A stretch of 64,000 nt of DNA, from the NCBI GenBank assembly GCA_965649765.1, contig OZ287751.1, forward strand, positions 11,842,001 through 11,906,000, read 5' to 3'. Origin of the DNA: Bispira polyomma. Its lineage: Eukaryota. Under the pieces are notes generated by a model. It was not told the origin of the DNA, searched no databases, and saw only the letters and a program-made list of their open reading frames with translations. Both the position numbers and the translations under genes were made by a program. Positions 43,054 to 55,246 of the stretch are shown in pieces. Each line of letters starts with the position of its first letter. Positions within the stretch are counted from its first letter, which is position 1.

Positions 43054-44152
43054 CACTTTTGTCCACAAACCCCAGTTTCTCTAAGTATTCGTCCGGCATC
43101 AGAAAGTCCTTGATGAGTGCCTTTTTGCCGACCCCATGAGAACCAAGAATGAGAACTTGATATATCTTGTGTTTTGGAGAATCTGACAGTGGTTTGTGTC
43201 CTAAGATCTCATGCTTTACTGTCTCCTTGCTAGATTTAACGACCAGGTCTTCTTTTTCCAGACCACGTCGGGTGATGCGAAAACTGCGCACACGTCTAAA
43301 GCTGTGTGACGTCATAGATGAGTCAGACTGCTGGGAGCATCCGGAATCTATGGATAACGTCTTATGTACTGGGTTGCTATAGAGACGAGGCCTCATGTCT
43401 CTCATTAGGTCCATTTCCATATCCGGTAATGGGGCATTGTCATCTGTCTGGGTTTCCAGCCATCGCTGGGTAGATGCCAATTTGTCAGACTGAATATTAA
43501 CCAAATGGTCCACATCTTCCGTGCTAGCAAAGGTTTCTGGGAAATTTCTGACTATTTCGTCACATGGTGTCACATCATATAGCCTATCACCATTTCCTTG
43601 CAAAGGAGTCATTGTATGGCTGTGATGATGTTTAGTGTCTGGGATGCTACAGGGTTTGCGGTGCTTACCTGCCGAATCAACTGATCCATGACTGTGAATC
43701 GAGTGATGGCTTTTAGTATGCTCCCTTTTATGTCCGTGAAACCGATGATGGGAATGATTCTCAGGATCAAGGGGTGAGTCTTGATGTCGGTTTTCGTGGC
43801 GGCTATCTGAGTCGGCTGAACCCAAACTCTCTTTATGCTGTGCTTTCTGCTTTCTGAAGTATTCTCTCCTTGAGCTGGCCTTATCAGAAGAGTGTCGCTT
43901 CATCACAGGGATTTCGTTATTTTCTGTGGAATTATTGTCACCTCTCTCACGCGCGATTTCAAAAAGTCGATCAAAGTCAGCTGAGAGCATGCTCAAATCC
44001 CGCGGAAGGTCCACAGGTGTGACTCGTAACCTATCAACTCGTTCTTCATCTTTACGATCATCGTAATCAAGACTTTGGCGGCTCCTGTGACTTTTGGTAC
44101 TGGCTGAGCGTCTGTGATGTACACGCAGCGAGGAACTTCGGTGATGGTGCAT
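43054..44152 (-). CDS. RGK-family (Rad/Gem/Rem-like) small GTPase, coding exon 1 (His/Ser-rich N-terminal extension + G1 box)
   Basis: 368-aa ORF ending YQVLILGSHGVGKKALIKDF (P-loop). Donor AGTG|GTAAGT at 43054/43053 is phase 1 and matches exon 2. Confidence 0.85.
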
Positions 44153-45517
44153 TGTGGGAGTAGATAGTATATAGTCAAGTCTTAAAATGACTATGGTTTA
44201 TTATTTCAAACTGTGTAGAAGAATTCTAAGACACAATGTCTCTAGTTTAGCTCAAATCCATCTACATACATGTGCACACAAAAAACAGTAATTGTAGCAG
44301 TATTTCTGTTGCAAATCTATAACGAATCTCTTGACATGGTTGATGATGAAGAATAAATGTGAAATGAAGCTTGAGCAAAACTATTTTACACAACACCCCT
44401 ACATCAATATCATTCTCTAAGGGTATTGCTTTTATTGTAAACTGATAGCTCCCTCTTAAGTTACTTGAGTGTTTTTCTCTGTTTAAGTGGCCCAACTGAG
44501 GGAACAGTGGCTATTATTTTTCAACCGGTTGAAGCATCCCAGAATACCATTAATCAAGCATTAATCGGGTGTTTTTTCTTTCTCTTATGAAACTTCCATA
44601 AGCTTTGGGTACCAATAAAATCTCCAACATGTAATAGTCATCAAAATATCAACATCTATTATATTTTGTAATATCCCCACAGAGCCTATTCCAAAAAATA
44701 GTTCTTTATTTCTCTGCACACATTTTAATACTGAAGAATTTTACATTTTTACAATACAATTTGTTGTAGAACAGATGTGTACTTTCTCTGCATTATTGCT
44801 ATTCTTGCTATTGATTTATGACTGTCTTTGTTCAACTAAAACCTCATAATGTGGCCAAAACAACAGAAGTGCATTCTCATTAGCATCATCTCTGAAACAA
44901 AATACTGTTTTTTTAAATGTCACCAATTTTCTCTTTTAAAATCTAGCTATACATATCATCACTTCACCATGCCATTTACTTGAAGTAAAGCCTGTGTTGG
45001 TTGTGTCCTTTCTTTACTTTCCTGCTAGATCTCACTCCTTTTCAGTTGTTTTCTTCTTGTAGCAGACGGCCTGTTTGACACACACACAAAACTCTACCAG
45101 ATCACAATTTCACACAGCTAACAACACACATCCATCATTTCTTCTCGGAAACTATAGAATTCAAACCCTGCTAGTGTGAGTGAGATAGTGTGATCTCCAT
45201 GTGGTGTGGGTGTCACTCCACAAAACACCCTCCAGGCTGAGGGTGAGATCACCTCTCTATGTATATATATCTATATATTCAAATAAATATGTGAGCTGGA
45301 TGTTTTGTATACATACTGTTTGATAGTACTAATCAAGTTACATAATCCAATTGGATATTCGTTTTGTTGTTGTTCTTTCTCAATATGTATGTTATTTTCC
45401 ACCAAATTGTATATGATATTGTACGATAAATAAATAAATACTATTAAAAGTTTTTTTTTCAATTTTAGATATATAGCTAATGACCTTGGATAATTCCCAA
45501 TAGAATTTTCAATTTCT

Positions 45518-45993
45518 ACCAATTTTTGAACCAACATCATAGTTAGTAGTAAAAATTAAGTCTGATGAATTTCTTAAAAACAAGGAATAAATTAGTGAAA
45601 CTTTCTCCAGCTTTACTTGTCCTCTAAAATAGTGTATAGTAGGACTATAAACCTCCCTTATTAACGGTCCCCCTAGCACTATGTAACAATGACCACCCCC
45701 TTGCCCTTCTTCACAACTAATTTTTAATTGGCACTATGTGACAATCCTCCTATAACCAATTTTTGAACCAACATAATAGTTAGTAGTAAAAATTAAGTCT
45801 GATGAATTTCTTAAAAACAAGGAATAAATTAGTGAAACTTTCTCCAGCTTTACTTGTCCTCTAAAATAGTGTATAGTAGGACTATAAACCTCCCTTATTA
45901 ACGGTCCCCCTAGCACTATGTAACAATGACCACCCCCTTGCCCTTCTTCACAACTAATTTTTAATTGGCACTATGTGACAATCCTCCTATAAC
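45518..45993. repeat. 237-bp tandem duplication
   Basis: Near-identical copies starting at 45518 and 45755, followed by poly-C. Confidence 0.95.
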
Positions 45994-46575
45994 CCCCCCC
46001 CCCCCCCCCCCCCACCCCGCCCATCCACACTCAAGAATTAACTGCCCACCACAAAAAGGAATCCCCCACATAAAACATGCATTGTAGAAGTTCATGTGGT
46101 AATCATTTATAGTGAACACACAAATGAGAAATAAAAAGGTGGAACTATTAACAGCTCACCCCAGGGCCTGTATTCACTAAAGTTCTTATACTTAGAATAA
46201 GAATTTTTGGTATTCACTAAAGTTCTTATACTTAGAATTTTTGCTTATTCTTAGAAAATTTTCGAAGAATAAGCTTTAATTCTAAGAATGGTCAAGACTT
46301 TACTTAAGCTAAGAAAAAGACATAGGGCCGTATGCACTAAAGTTGTTATACTTAAGTATAAGAATCATTCTTATACTTAGAATAAGAATCATACTTATAC
46401 TTAGAATAAGAATCATTAGAATTTTCTATTCTAAGAATTTTTGATTCTTATACTTAGAATAAGAATTTTCTTAGCTAAGAGTTGCACAAAAGAATGTGAA
46501 AGCTAACGCCCCCAGCGTTAGTGGCCTCAGTTCTGGGGTACCAGGCTATTCACTACTATGGGATGGATGGGCGAG

Positions 46576-46583
46576 TATATAAG
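46576..46583 (+). promoter_or_regulatory. Candidate TATA box in the retroelement leader
   Basis: TATATAAG in a locally GC-richer leader ~150 bp upstream of the ORF1 ATG. Confidence 0.35.
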
Positions 46584-46729
46584 CCATCCCCCTTTCAAAT
46601 TCTCCCGCCTTTTACCGTTCGTCAGCAGAAGCACTAGGAAAATTTAAATACTGTTTGGGTGACAAAGAGTGTTTTATGTCTATACTGTTTATTTGGTTTT
46701 AGTATTTTAGTTCAATATACACTCAAGTC

Positions 46730-47758
46730 ATGCCAGGTAAAAAGACTGTGTTTTGTCCAAAGTGTTTGCAAAAACATGAGAGACCTGTTGGAAGAAACTG
46801 TTCGGTTAATATGCATGATCTCTTAGGTGAGGGGGTGGAAGCTGACGCTGGCTCCCATGAGGACTCGCTGGTTCATCCGAACGAGGCTGTATCTAGCGCT
46901 ATACTACAGCAGTTGCAATCTCTCAGCCAGGTAGTCGAGAGGATGGATCAGCGAGGCAGCGTTGGCAGCTAACCTCACCAGTAGTAAGGCAAGTAGTACC
47001 ATTACTTCTAGTATCACTCCTAGTGTTTCCAAAGATTTAGTCTCTGCTGACGAAGGTAAAAGCCCACCTACTGGCCCGGATACTGTCGTTCCGAGTGTCG
47101 AATTTTTAAGTCAGAACACTCAGATTCAGTTGCAAGTAGAACAGAGGTTAAAAGAACTCCGGTCTCTTAATGAAACTCCCTCAGGTAAAATTAAGTCTCT
47201 GGGGGGAACGAGGTTATTGTAAAAAAGGCGGTCGAATGGCCCCAAAATTATGTGCTGACTGGCAGCTCAAAGACTCGCCCTAGTTATGACGACTTAACCC
47301 TCGTCCAATAGGTTTGTGGCTTCACCCGGATCGCTCACGAGGAGAAGCCGATTGAAATTAAGAACGCTATGCTAGATTACATGAGTGGCCTCATGGAGGA
47401 TGCCCAAGATTTTTCGTGGGAGGCGGCAAAGGCCTGCCACGCGGTAGTCCTGACAAATATGGAGATGGACAAGTTCGGGTGGTTGGATGTCGAGAAGGTC
47501 GACCGGATTCGCAGGGCACACGCCCAACGCCATGTAGGTGTGTCCAGATCTTTTCATGGGGCGCATGGCCGCGCTGATAGCACTGGCAGTAGTAAAACTA
47601 GTCAGAAAAAGTCAACACCTTGCAGGTTCTTTCAAGAAGGAACTTGCAAGTTCTCTAGCTCACATAATACAGGCGGGCAAATGTACAGGCATGGCTGTGA
47701 AACTTGTGGGGGTAGTCATAAGACCAGTATGTGTAGCAAAAAGGAGGCAAAAAACTGA
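46730..47758 (+). pseudogene. Gag-like ORF1 (frameshifts and one stop) of the second YR retroelement
   Basis: N-terminal CPKCLQKHERPVGRNC. RPSYDDLTLVQ*..FSWEAAK..KFGWLD aligns with ORF 57975. C-terminal CRFFQEGTC..H..YRHGCETCGGSHKTSMC. Confidence 0.8.
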
Positions 47759-48488
47759 GGGCCACTGCTTGGATGCAGTGGACAGACAGGTTAAAAAATT
47801 TAAGGTTGTAAATAGAACTGTGTATGGCACAGGCTTTAAAGATTTTCATTTGTTTGAGGAAAATGTGTATCAGAAAATGTGTAAATATATGAAGGTCAAA
47901 AGGCCGAATGTTAGCTATAGTGAGGCTTTAAAAAGTACTGCTAGTACCAGAAAATCAATATTTGTATATAATACAGGGCATACAGAAAATCTGAGGTATA
48001 AGGGTGAAGTTGACAAGTTTAGCTCTGGGGAGGTGACACAAAAGGGCAGGTTTTGCCAACCCCAAAAGGTTGGCAGAGCTGAACTCAAGAATAATGTTGA
48101 CACCTCTGCTGCCACATCTATTCAAAGGTTTGAAAAGTTAACACCGGTAATTGGCACCTCCATTCAAGTGGCGAAGAAGGTGACACCTATTGTGAAGCGA
48201 CCCCCATGCACAAAGTACCAGGGCGTGGAGACAAAAGGTGTTAGAATATCGATTCAGAGCGGCGGCGAAAAGAGCCGCGTCAATGAAGCTCACTGTGGCA
48301 TCCAGCTTAACAATCGTTTTTCCGCGTTAGCACAAATACCTGTGGAGGACAATGCAGCTATTGTGAGGGTCATTCGCTCTAGTAGCATGCCGGGTAACAA
48401 TGGGGGCTTTGCAAAGCACCAAGAGACAGGTACTTGCACAGAACGTGTTAATGAAAATGTTGAAATCTCTGATAAGTATTCGTGTAAG
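47759..48488 (+). pseudogene. Truncated N-terminal part of ORF2 of the second YR retroelement
   Basis: Long open frame (ORF 47538-48500) overlapping the ORF1 end, positionally equivalent to 59229-60641. Cut off by the transposon arm. Confidence 0.5.
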
Positions 48489-49247
48489 TTCTTATTCTAA
48501 GTATAAGAACTCTAGTGAATACAGCCTCTGGCATTCTTATGTATTGCTTTTCACAATTCTTAGTTAAGAAAATTCTTATTCTAAGAATAAGAAAAACAAA
48601 ATTCTTAGAATAGTAAATTTTCTAAGTATAAGAACGAATCTTATTCTAAGTATAAGAATTATTCTAAGTATAAGAACTTTAGTGAATACGGGCCCAGATG
48701 TCATATTTTAGTCACAACCACTTTTCGAAAAGACACTTCACACTGCCTATAAAAATATTTGAACAACTGAAAAGTAAGGTATTTAACATATGATTATATG
48801 ATTATTTGATGTATGTTCGTGTAAAACGTCGATATTGTTATTGTAAGATATTGTAAGATATTGTTAGTTAAATTAAGTTGGACTGTTTATCCAATTTTTT
48901 TTTATTAAATATGTCTTTTAGAGTCACAGGAATTCTAGGTGATATAGATTTTCAGATTATATTCATAAAGCCAGCCGGTGAATAGGCTTTCTGGTACTTT
49001 TTACAAAATGAAAATATATTTCATAATAGATGACACAGTTGAAATGAGTCAGTGAACAATTCACAATAATGTGAGCAAGGCAATTAATTTAATATTGCTC
49101 TCTCAGAAACTATATAACACACAGATGCAACACTTCTAGGATATTACTGACAATATGTTCTGGTTTAAAATGTTTTTTTTTCTAAAAGTCTAAAAATTTG
49201 TGGTAGTTTTCGGGCTTTTATTCTATCTGATAATAATAGTAAAAACA

Positions 49248-49362
49248 TGATTTTGTACGGGCGTTATAGTTTTTAGCAGCACTTCATTAATCACTAACAG
49301 CAAAAGGTCTGTTAATAATTAAAGTCGTCCTGCTAAAAATTTATAACAGCCCTACAAAATCA
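49248..49362. repeat. Inverted repeat / small MITE remnant
   Basis: TGATTTTGTACGGGCGTTATAGTTTTTAGCAG versus CTGCTAAAAATTTATAACAGCCCTACAAAATCA, an imperfect ~32-bp stem. Confidence 0.65.
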
Positions 49363-52300
49363 CATTGTTGTACTGTTATATTTTTCTTGATAATCCTTTG
49401 TCGCTACTTCCAGCTACTGCCGTATACCGTATATATACTGCTGTCACACACATGGAAACTTAGGCTAAATTCTATTCAACTCTGGCAACCTACATGCAAG
49501 TCATGCTACATTAGTACAAATTACTGTCCAATTAGCTAGCCAAATTATTGCATGCATCCACTAGTTTTTTTGTTTTTTTGTTGTTGTTTTTTTGTTTCCT
49601 TTCTGGGTTTTTCCCAAAAACAAATCGTGTCTTGTGTGTTTATCAACTTATTTCGTCAATGTTGTTAGAACATCCAAACCACACAGTTAATGACAAAAAT
49701 ATACACTCTGTAATCTAATTAGCTGTATCCCAAGAAAACTCTACACCACAGAAGAGAGTTCTCATTGGAGTCACACAATACTGAGTTTGTCATTTGAAAG
49801 AAAATGAAGCATTTTTTTTTTAAATCAAACCAAAAGAAACGGTTTTCACAGATTTGCCGACATTCAACTGAGTTCAGTGTATCACTGATATATCCCAAAC
49901 TTTATTTTTTTTCAATCCAGAATTTTAGCAGTTTTTGGTCACGCACAAAATACACTATGCTGAATGTTGCCCCATGTAACCTGCAATAAATTACGCAATA
50001 TTGGAAAAAAATGTTAAGAAAATACCACCATTGAGTTGGTGTGAATGTATTTGTATGACGATGGCAAAGGGACAGAAAATGAGGAGTTATCGGCTTACAA
50101 TAATTTATTTGCCTTAGAGTCAATAAAACGTGAGTTGGGTTAGTTTTTAGGGGGGGGGGGGAGGGGGGGGGTTTGACTGGAAAGGGTGACTAGAAAGGGT
50201 GCAGAGGAAAAACTGAAATCAATGAGTTCTTTCTTTTCTGTGTATTTAGGAGGTAAGGTTTGAATTGGTAGACAAATTATCCAACTAAACTTTTCTGCTT
50301 AATCTATAGAAAAATATAGGAATTTAATAGCATTACAAACATATCCTCATCATCAAAGGCCCGTCCAGGATTTGTTCTATGTCATGTGATCTGACACATT
50401 TCATAGTCAGTCTAAATTTTTCACATTGCTATTGAATATTAAATCCATAGTTTTAAATTAGCAGCAAGCAGCAAAGTCAGTACTGTCATGTAGGCATATG
50501 GGAGTGTCACGTTATATAGTACATAATGTACTCATTTATCTCATTCTATATTTAACCTCAAAATTGATCAAATTAATCTAAATTTATAACCTTAGGCTAA
50601 GGTAACCTGATGTGTATAAACTTAAACTGTTTATAGACAATTCGTAAAATTTACATGTAGTATTAATTAATTTTTAACCGCAATCTCACCTTCAATTTGG
50701 AAACCTTTAAAAATAACTTAACCTCCTGGACACTGATAAACTGACATAAAAGGCCCACAAGAGAGCTGGGTAAGTCAGTATTGTTTGTTATTTATGTACT
50801 CACTTATGTACTTTACACGTCACTGTAATAAATAAACTAAAAAATAAATAGTCCATTTCAATCACTCACATGTAGTGGATTAATCCTTTACATAAATAAC
50901 CTTCGATGGGTTATTGTGACATTCTATCATGGCACCTTTTTTAAACATATGATGAATAATTTAAAAATAATATGCATTATCAACCACTCAATCTTGTCAG
51001 TGGTCCATTTCTTAAAATATATAATGTAAAATGTATCACTAAAGATCAATCATTTTCATTAAACCATATAATAAGATATTACATAGCATTTAATGGTAAA
51101 GATTTGATAAATAATCTGAATATTAAAAATATACAAAAACAACGACAAAAAACAACAATCAACATTTAATTTATCGATAACAAAAGTAGATTTGGTCATA
51201 AATGCCAAATAAATCATCTGTTGAGTCAAATTATTATTATTATTATTATTATCATTATATACCAATAGTAATTATAGTTTTCTATAACGATGTTATTTGC
51301 CATGATAAACAACAATTATTCTTTTATCAAATAGTTGACCATGTTTCCAAATCCACACAATCCAATCTTAAAAATCAAAAATTTTAGATTAATTAATGAA
51401 ACCAAAAAAACTCAAGCTAAAATAACTACTTCTTGACTGATTGTGTAAAGTTAGAGCAAGCTATGGTAAGTTTAAATCAACTATTTTCCTAAAGACAATT
51501 GTAAAATTAACAATTTTGCATAATGTCAACATTGAGTATTACTATCAGAGTATATCAACACGTTATGACTTTAGTGTGTTTGATGAGTGCATTATGACAA
51601 AAGGGCTTGAGGAAAAACTCATGACAGAAGGCAATGTAACATATCTGTTGTATTTGTGTGGCACAAAAAAAATCATAAGTTTAGCTTGTGTGAAATCAAT
51701 GACATGATAAGGTTCATGTGTACTGATTTATTTACTTTTTTTACTTGCATTATATACGCAATTTGTAGTTGTGTTCTTTCATATCTATGTGATTGGACGA
51801 ATTTGAAATAGAAAAATAAATAAATAAAAAACATTGCTGATTTGAGGATACCTTCCTACAAATCATGGGCATTTTTTTAGTATAACTAGCACACACAATG
51901 ACTTGGGTATTATCCCATTATTAACAGTCAAGCTTATAAATCCCAATTATGTTATACTTCTCGAACACACCTCTAAAATTTCTTCAAGTGAAATTCATAA
52001 GAAAAAAACAAATAAATAATTTCGTGAAAACATTTCCAGCTAAAACTTCTACTCAAACTAATTCATTACATTTGATTAGGTCTTAACGATGGGCAGTGTG
52101 TGTGTGAGAGAGAGGTGGGGGGGGTGTTTGGGGGGGGGGGGATTGCAGTCATAACGTCCTCATATATTTCATACTAATTAGGAGGTCAATTACGACACTT
52201 CATAGATTTGTATATATACTTTTTTTAATTTTGACTGCTTCTAAATTGTCACGCCTGTATTGTATTTAGCAATAACGTGTTTCATATTTTAACTTTTAAC

Positions 52301-52543
52301 CTAAGGTTAGATCATTCATACAAATAAGATTCAAATCATATCTTTTCAGTAGTTTTAGTAATGATCAGAGAATAACATAATTAATTAATGAATTAATATA
52401 TTTTTAGGAGAAATGAGGAAGAATCTGAGATGTGGTATATTCGACAATACAAGAATTTCGGTTGACTCAGAGTTACACCATCTGTTAGTTAAACTTCTGA
52501 CTCAATTATAAGTTATACTCTATGTCTTACCTTAATTATTCTT

Positions 52544-52546
<3 letters not shown>

Positions 52547-52591
<45 letters not shown>
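52547..52591. repeat. (TAT)n microsatellite
   Basis: Direct observation. Confidence 0.97.
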
Positions 52592-53559
52592 TTTCACATT
52601 AAATCTACAATACAATTATATATATCAACATCCAAGATACATAGTGAAAACTAATCTCAGATCAGGCAACAGTAGTTTTCTATTACGGCAACCCTGTGAA
52701 TAATAACATGCAGAGTTATCCTTCAAATCCCTCTCTATATTGATAAATGATCCCATGCTTCTGTATACATTTAGACCCAAGTTAGAGGAGTAAATACTCT
52801 TCTTTTACTGACTGAAGACTATAAATACTTGTTTTTGTCTTTACTTATGGAGATAAACTGTGATATATGTACAAGATACACATATAGATCTTCATTGAGG
52901 TTAAGAAAAAAAAAGAAATGGACCGCCAAGCGAGCTGCATAAAACCTTTTGAGCAATTGAATATTTTAGGCCTCATCACACTTTCATGATTTTGACTGCC
53001 GATTTTGCGGCAATCTAGCTGATTACAATTTGCTCTTGTGGTGCTTTATTTTGTTTGAAATAAAGTGATCGTCCTGTGTGCAAGTTCCGCTCTCAACTCA
53101 CCCCTGATTTGGCTATAACCGTTATCATTTTCAAAAGTGTTAAATAGGCGTTGGTCGGTAGAGTCACTGGTGGGTCGAGTGGAGAACGCATCAATTTCTC
53201 TATGCAATGAATGGGTGGGCCAAATTAGATAATTACAGATCAAATGATACACACGGCCAGCACCAACAAAAAATATTTTTTATTCACCTATTGTGTGATC
53301 CTTGCAACGGCAATGCCTGGTCAACTTGACCCAAAGATTAGAACACAACCTTCCATGCAGTGAGCAATAGGGTTCACTAATATAGTTTGAACTTTAATTG
53401 CTGCCCTGATAACAGACAATCACACAATTTAAAGTCACTTCCGGTATATTCTTTTTATACAAAAATGATAAAATATTCTTATATGAAAACCAAATACCTT
53501 ATATAATAGGCAACAGAACCTCACAGTTTTATTTCTGGCGTTGAACAGAAATGCTGAAA

Positions 53560-53680
53560 GTAAAAAGACAAGGTCAGTCTGTTTGTAAACAGATAAAAGT
53601 ACTATGTCATCTGCCAATAGTGATAGATTCCTCACACTTGTGGTGGAGATAACTATGCCAAACAACTGTTAATCCACACC
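53560..53680 (-). mobile_element. Degraded LINE RT fragment
   Basis: SLLADDIVLLS, derived from an LFADD-type motif. Confidence 0.4.
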
Positions 53681-55111
53681 AGTTCGTAGAAATCACAGAG
53701 AGATAACTTGTGGGAAGATAAATCATTCCAGCCCAGACATTTTAGATACTAAACATCTCTTCCTATTAAGAATACTCAGTACCACTGATCCAAAAAACAG
53801 ATATGTCTTAGGTTGCAAGATTTAATGCAATTGAAGGTAGTGAAAATTGAGGATGCTAATTTATTTACAATATTAGTAAAATGTATAGTTCTAATAGTTT
53901 CCTCATAAAAAAATAACTAAATTATATGGTCACTTTAAATTATTACAACTATAACTTACCAGAGGAAAGGTTAATCTCACCTAAAACTAAGATTAAGCAC
54001 ACATTTGAAACATGTAAATATTTAAGGTGACCTTAAGCCCCTGCGGTTACCATAAATCAAAGCTTATCAAGTACAAGAGTAAGCTGCAATTTACACATTA
54101 TCTGTAGCACACTACTAATATTACTATGATAACATAGACTGATTTGAAATTACTGCTTGTTATATAAATTATCTTAGATACCATTCTTATTGTTGAGAAT
54201 ACTGTTTAAATAGGAACTTTTACTCAGGAATAAATGCTTAGATAGTGTTTATTGATAGTGTGTTTATAGTTTGTTGTGTTGTCTGTAGGATTCCACAAAG
54301 CCTCTTAACGAGTTAGATGAGAGATAGGCATGGTCCAGGAAAAAGAAAACTCCATTAAATTCTGGAGAGGATGATGGTAAATCAGTGTATTCAGGACATA
54401 TTTATTATTCCTTTTTTTATTGTTGCATCTAGTTGTTTATATCGTGCTTATGTAAAGCTTTACAAAGGCTCATGCTAGTTTCTATTCACATGTAATAGAA
54501 GAGTAACTTATAACTTTAAACTTGTTGATTTAAAACTACAGACGATCTTAAACTGTCAATCTAAAAGTGACCACATTAGCTCCGTGGACTTATTATGACA
54601 AGTACTGTAATCATCTACTGAAGATCTTTAAAATAGTAAATTTACTAGTGACCTAAAAATCACAAAGTTTACGTAAATTACCCTTGTGGTTTTACTAATG
54701 GCTTTAAAAGAGTGACCTTAAACTGGCAACCTTGAACTAGTGACCTTACACTGGAAACCCAAACTTTACTTCTGCTTGTGCCCTTAAACTAGAGACCTAT
54801 AGTGCATTTCCTAATAATGTGACTATAAACTTAAAACCTTAAAGTGATCCTTTCAGCCAGATATTTGTTTTCAATTTGTTCACCCGCTTTGAATTTCTTA
54901 CACCATTGTTGTTAAATCGTTTTGTGAAACCATTTTTAATTTGTTATTTTTTTTTTGTATTTTGCAATTTGTTAACTAATTTTAATTCATTCTTTTGTTT
55001 GTTTGGTATTTGTAACACCCATTTGGCCCTTTAGAGCCACCATAGTTAGTATGTAAAATAACAACCATTGATATATAAAAAAGATAGGGACTGTAGAATA
55101 TACAAATGTTT

Positions 55112-55246
55112 TGCAAAAATAAGTTTGCAATTAACATGTTATTTTCATCACAAGACACACTAAAATTTTTGTTTCATATGCAAAAATAAGTTTGCAATTA
55201 ACATGTTATTTTCATCACAAGACACACTAAACTCTTTGTTTCATAT
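55112..55246. repeat. 67-bp tandem duplication
   Basis: GCAAAAATAAGTTTGCAATTAACATG at 55113 and 55180. Confidence 0.9.

Larger units (their letters stand above)
46503..48488 (+). mobile_element. 5' fragment of a second, divergent Ngaro/DIRS-like retrotransposon
   Basis: Leader with TATATAAG (46576), a disrupted gag-like ORF1 and the start of ORF2. No RT, RH or YR; truncated at ~48488. Confidence 0.8.
46165..48694. mobile_element. Non-autonomous PIF/Harbinger-type DNA transposon enclosing a retroelement fragment
   Basis: 36-bp TIRs GGCCYGTATTCACTAAAGTTCTTATACTTAGAATAA with 1 mismatch (46165-46200 / 48659-48694). CAG is duplicated on both sides (46162-64, 48695-97). Inverted subterminal arms are rich in TTCTTATACTTAGAATAAGAA. 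Confidence 0.85.

Noticed and set aside
46165-46490. Interspaced TTCTTATACTTAGAATAAGAA repeats as a CRISPR-like or iteron array
   Set aside because: Irregular spacing and mirrored at 48489-48694, so explained as transposon subterminal repeats.
47749-47758. A AAA AAC -1 frameshift heptamer at the ORF1 stop of the captured element
   Set aside because: The -1 frame closes within about 20 codons and the long downstream ORF is in the +1 frame. It could only hold if a later indel is assumed, which needs a consensus.
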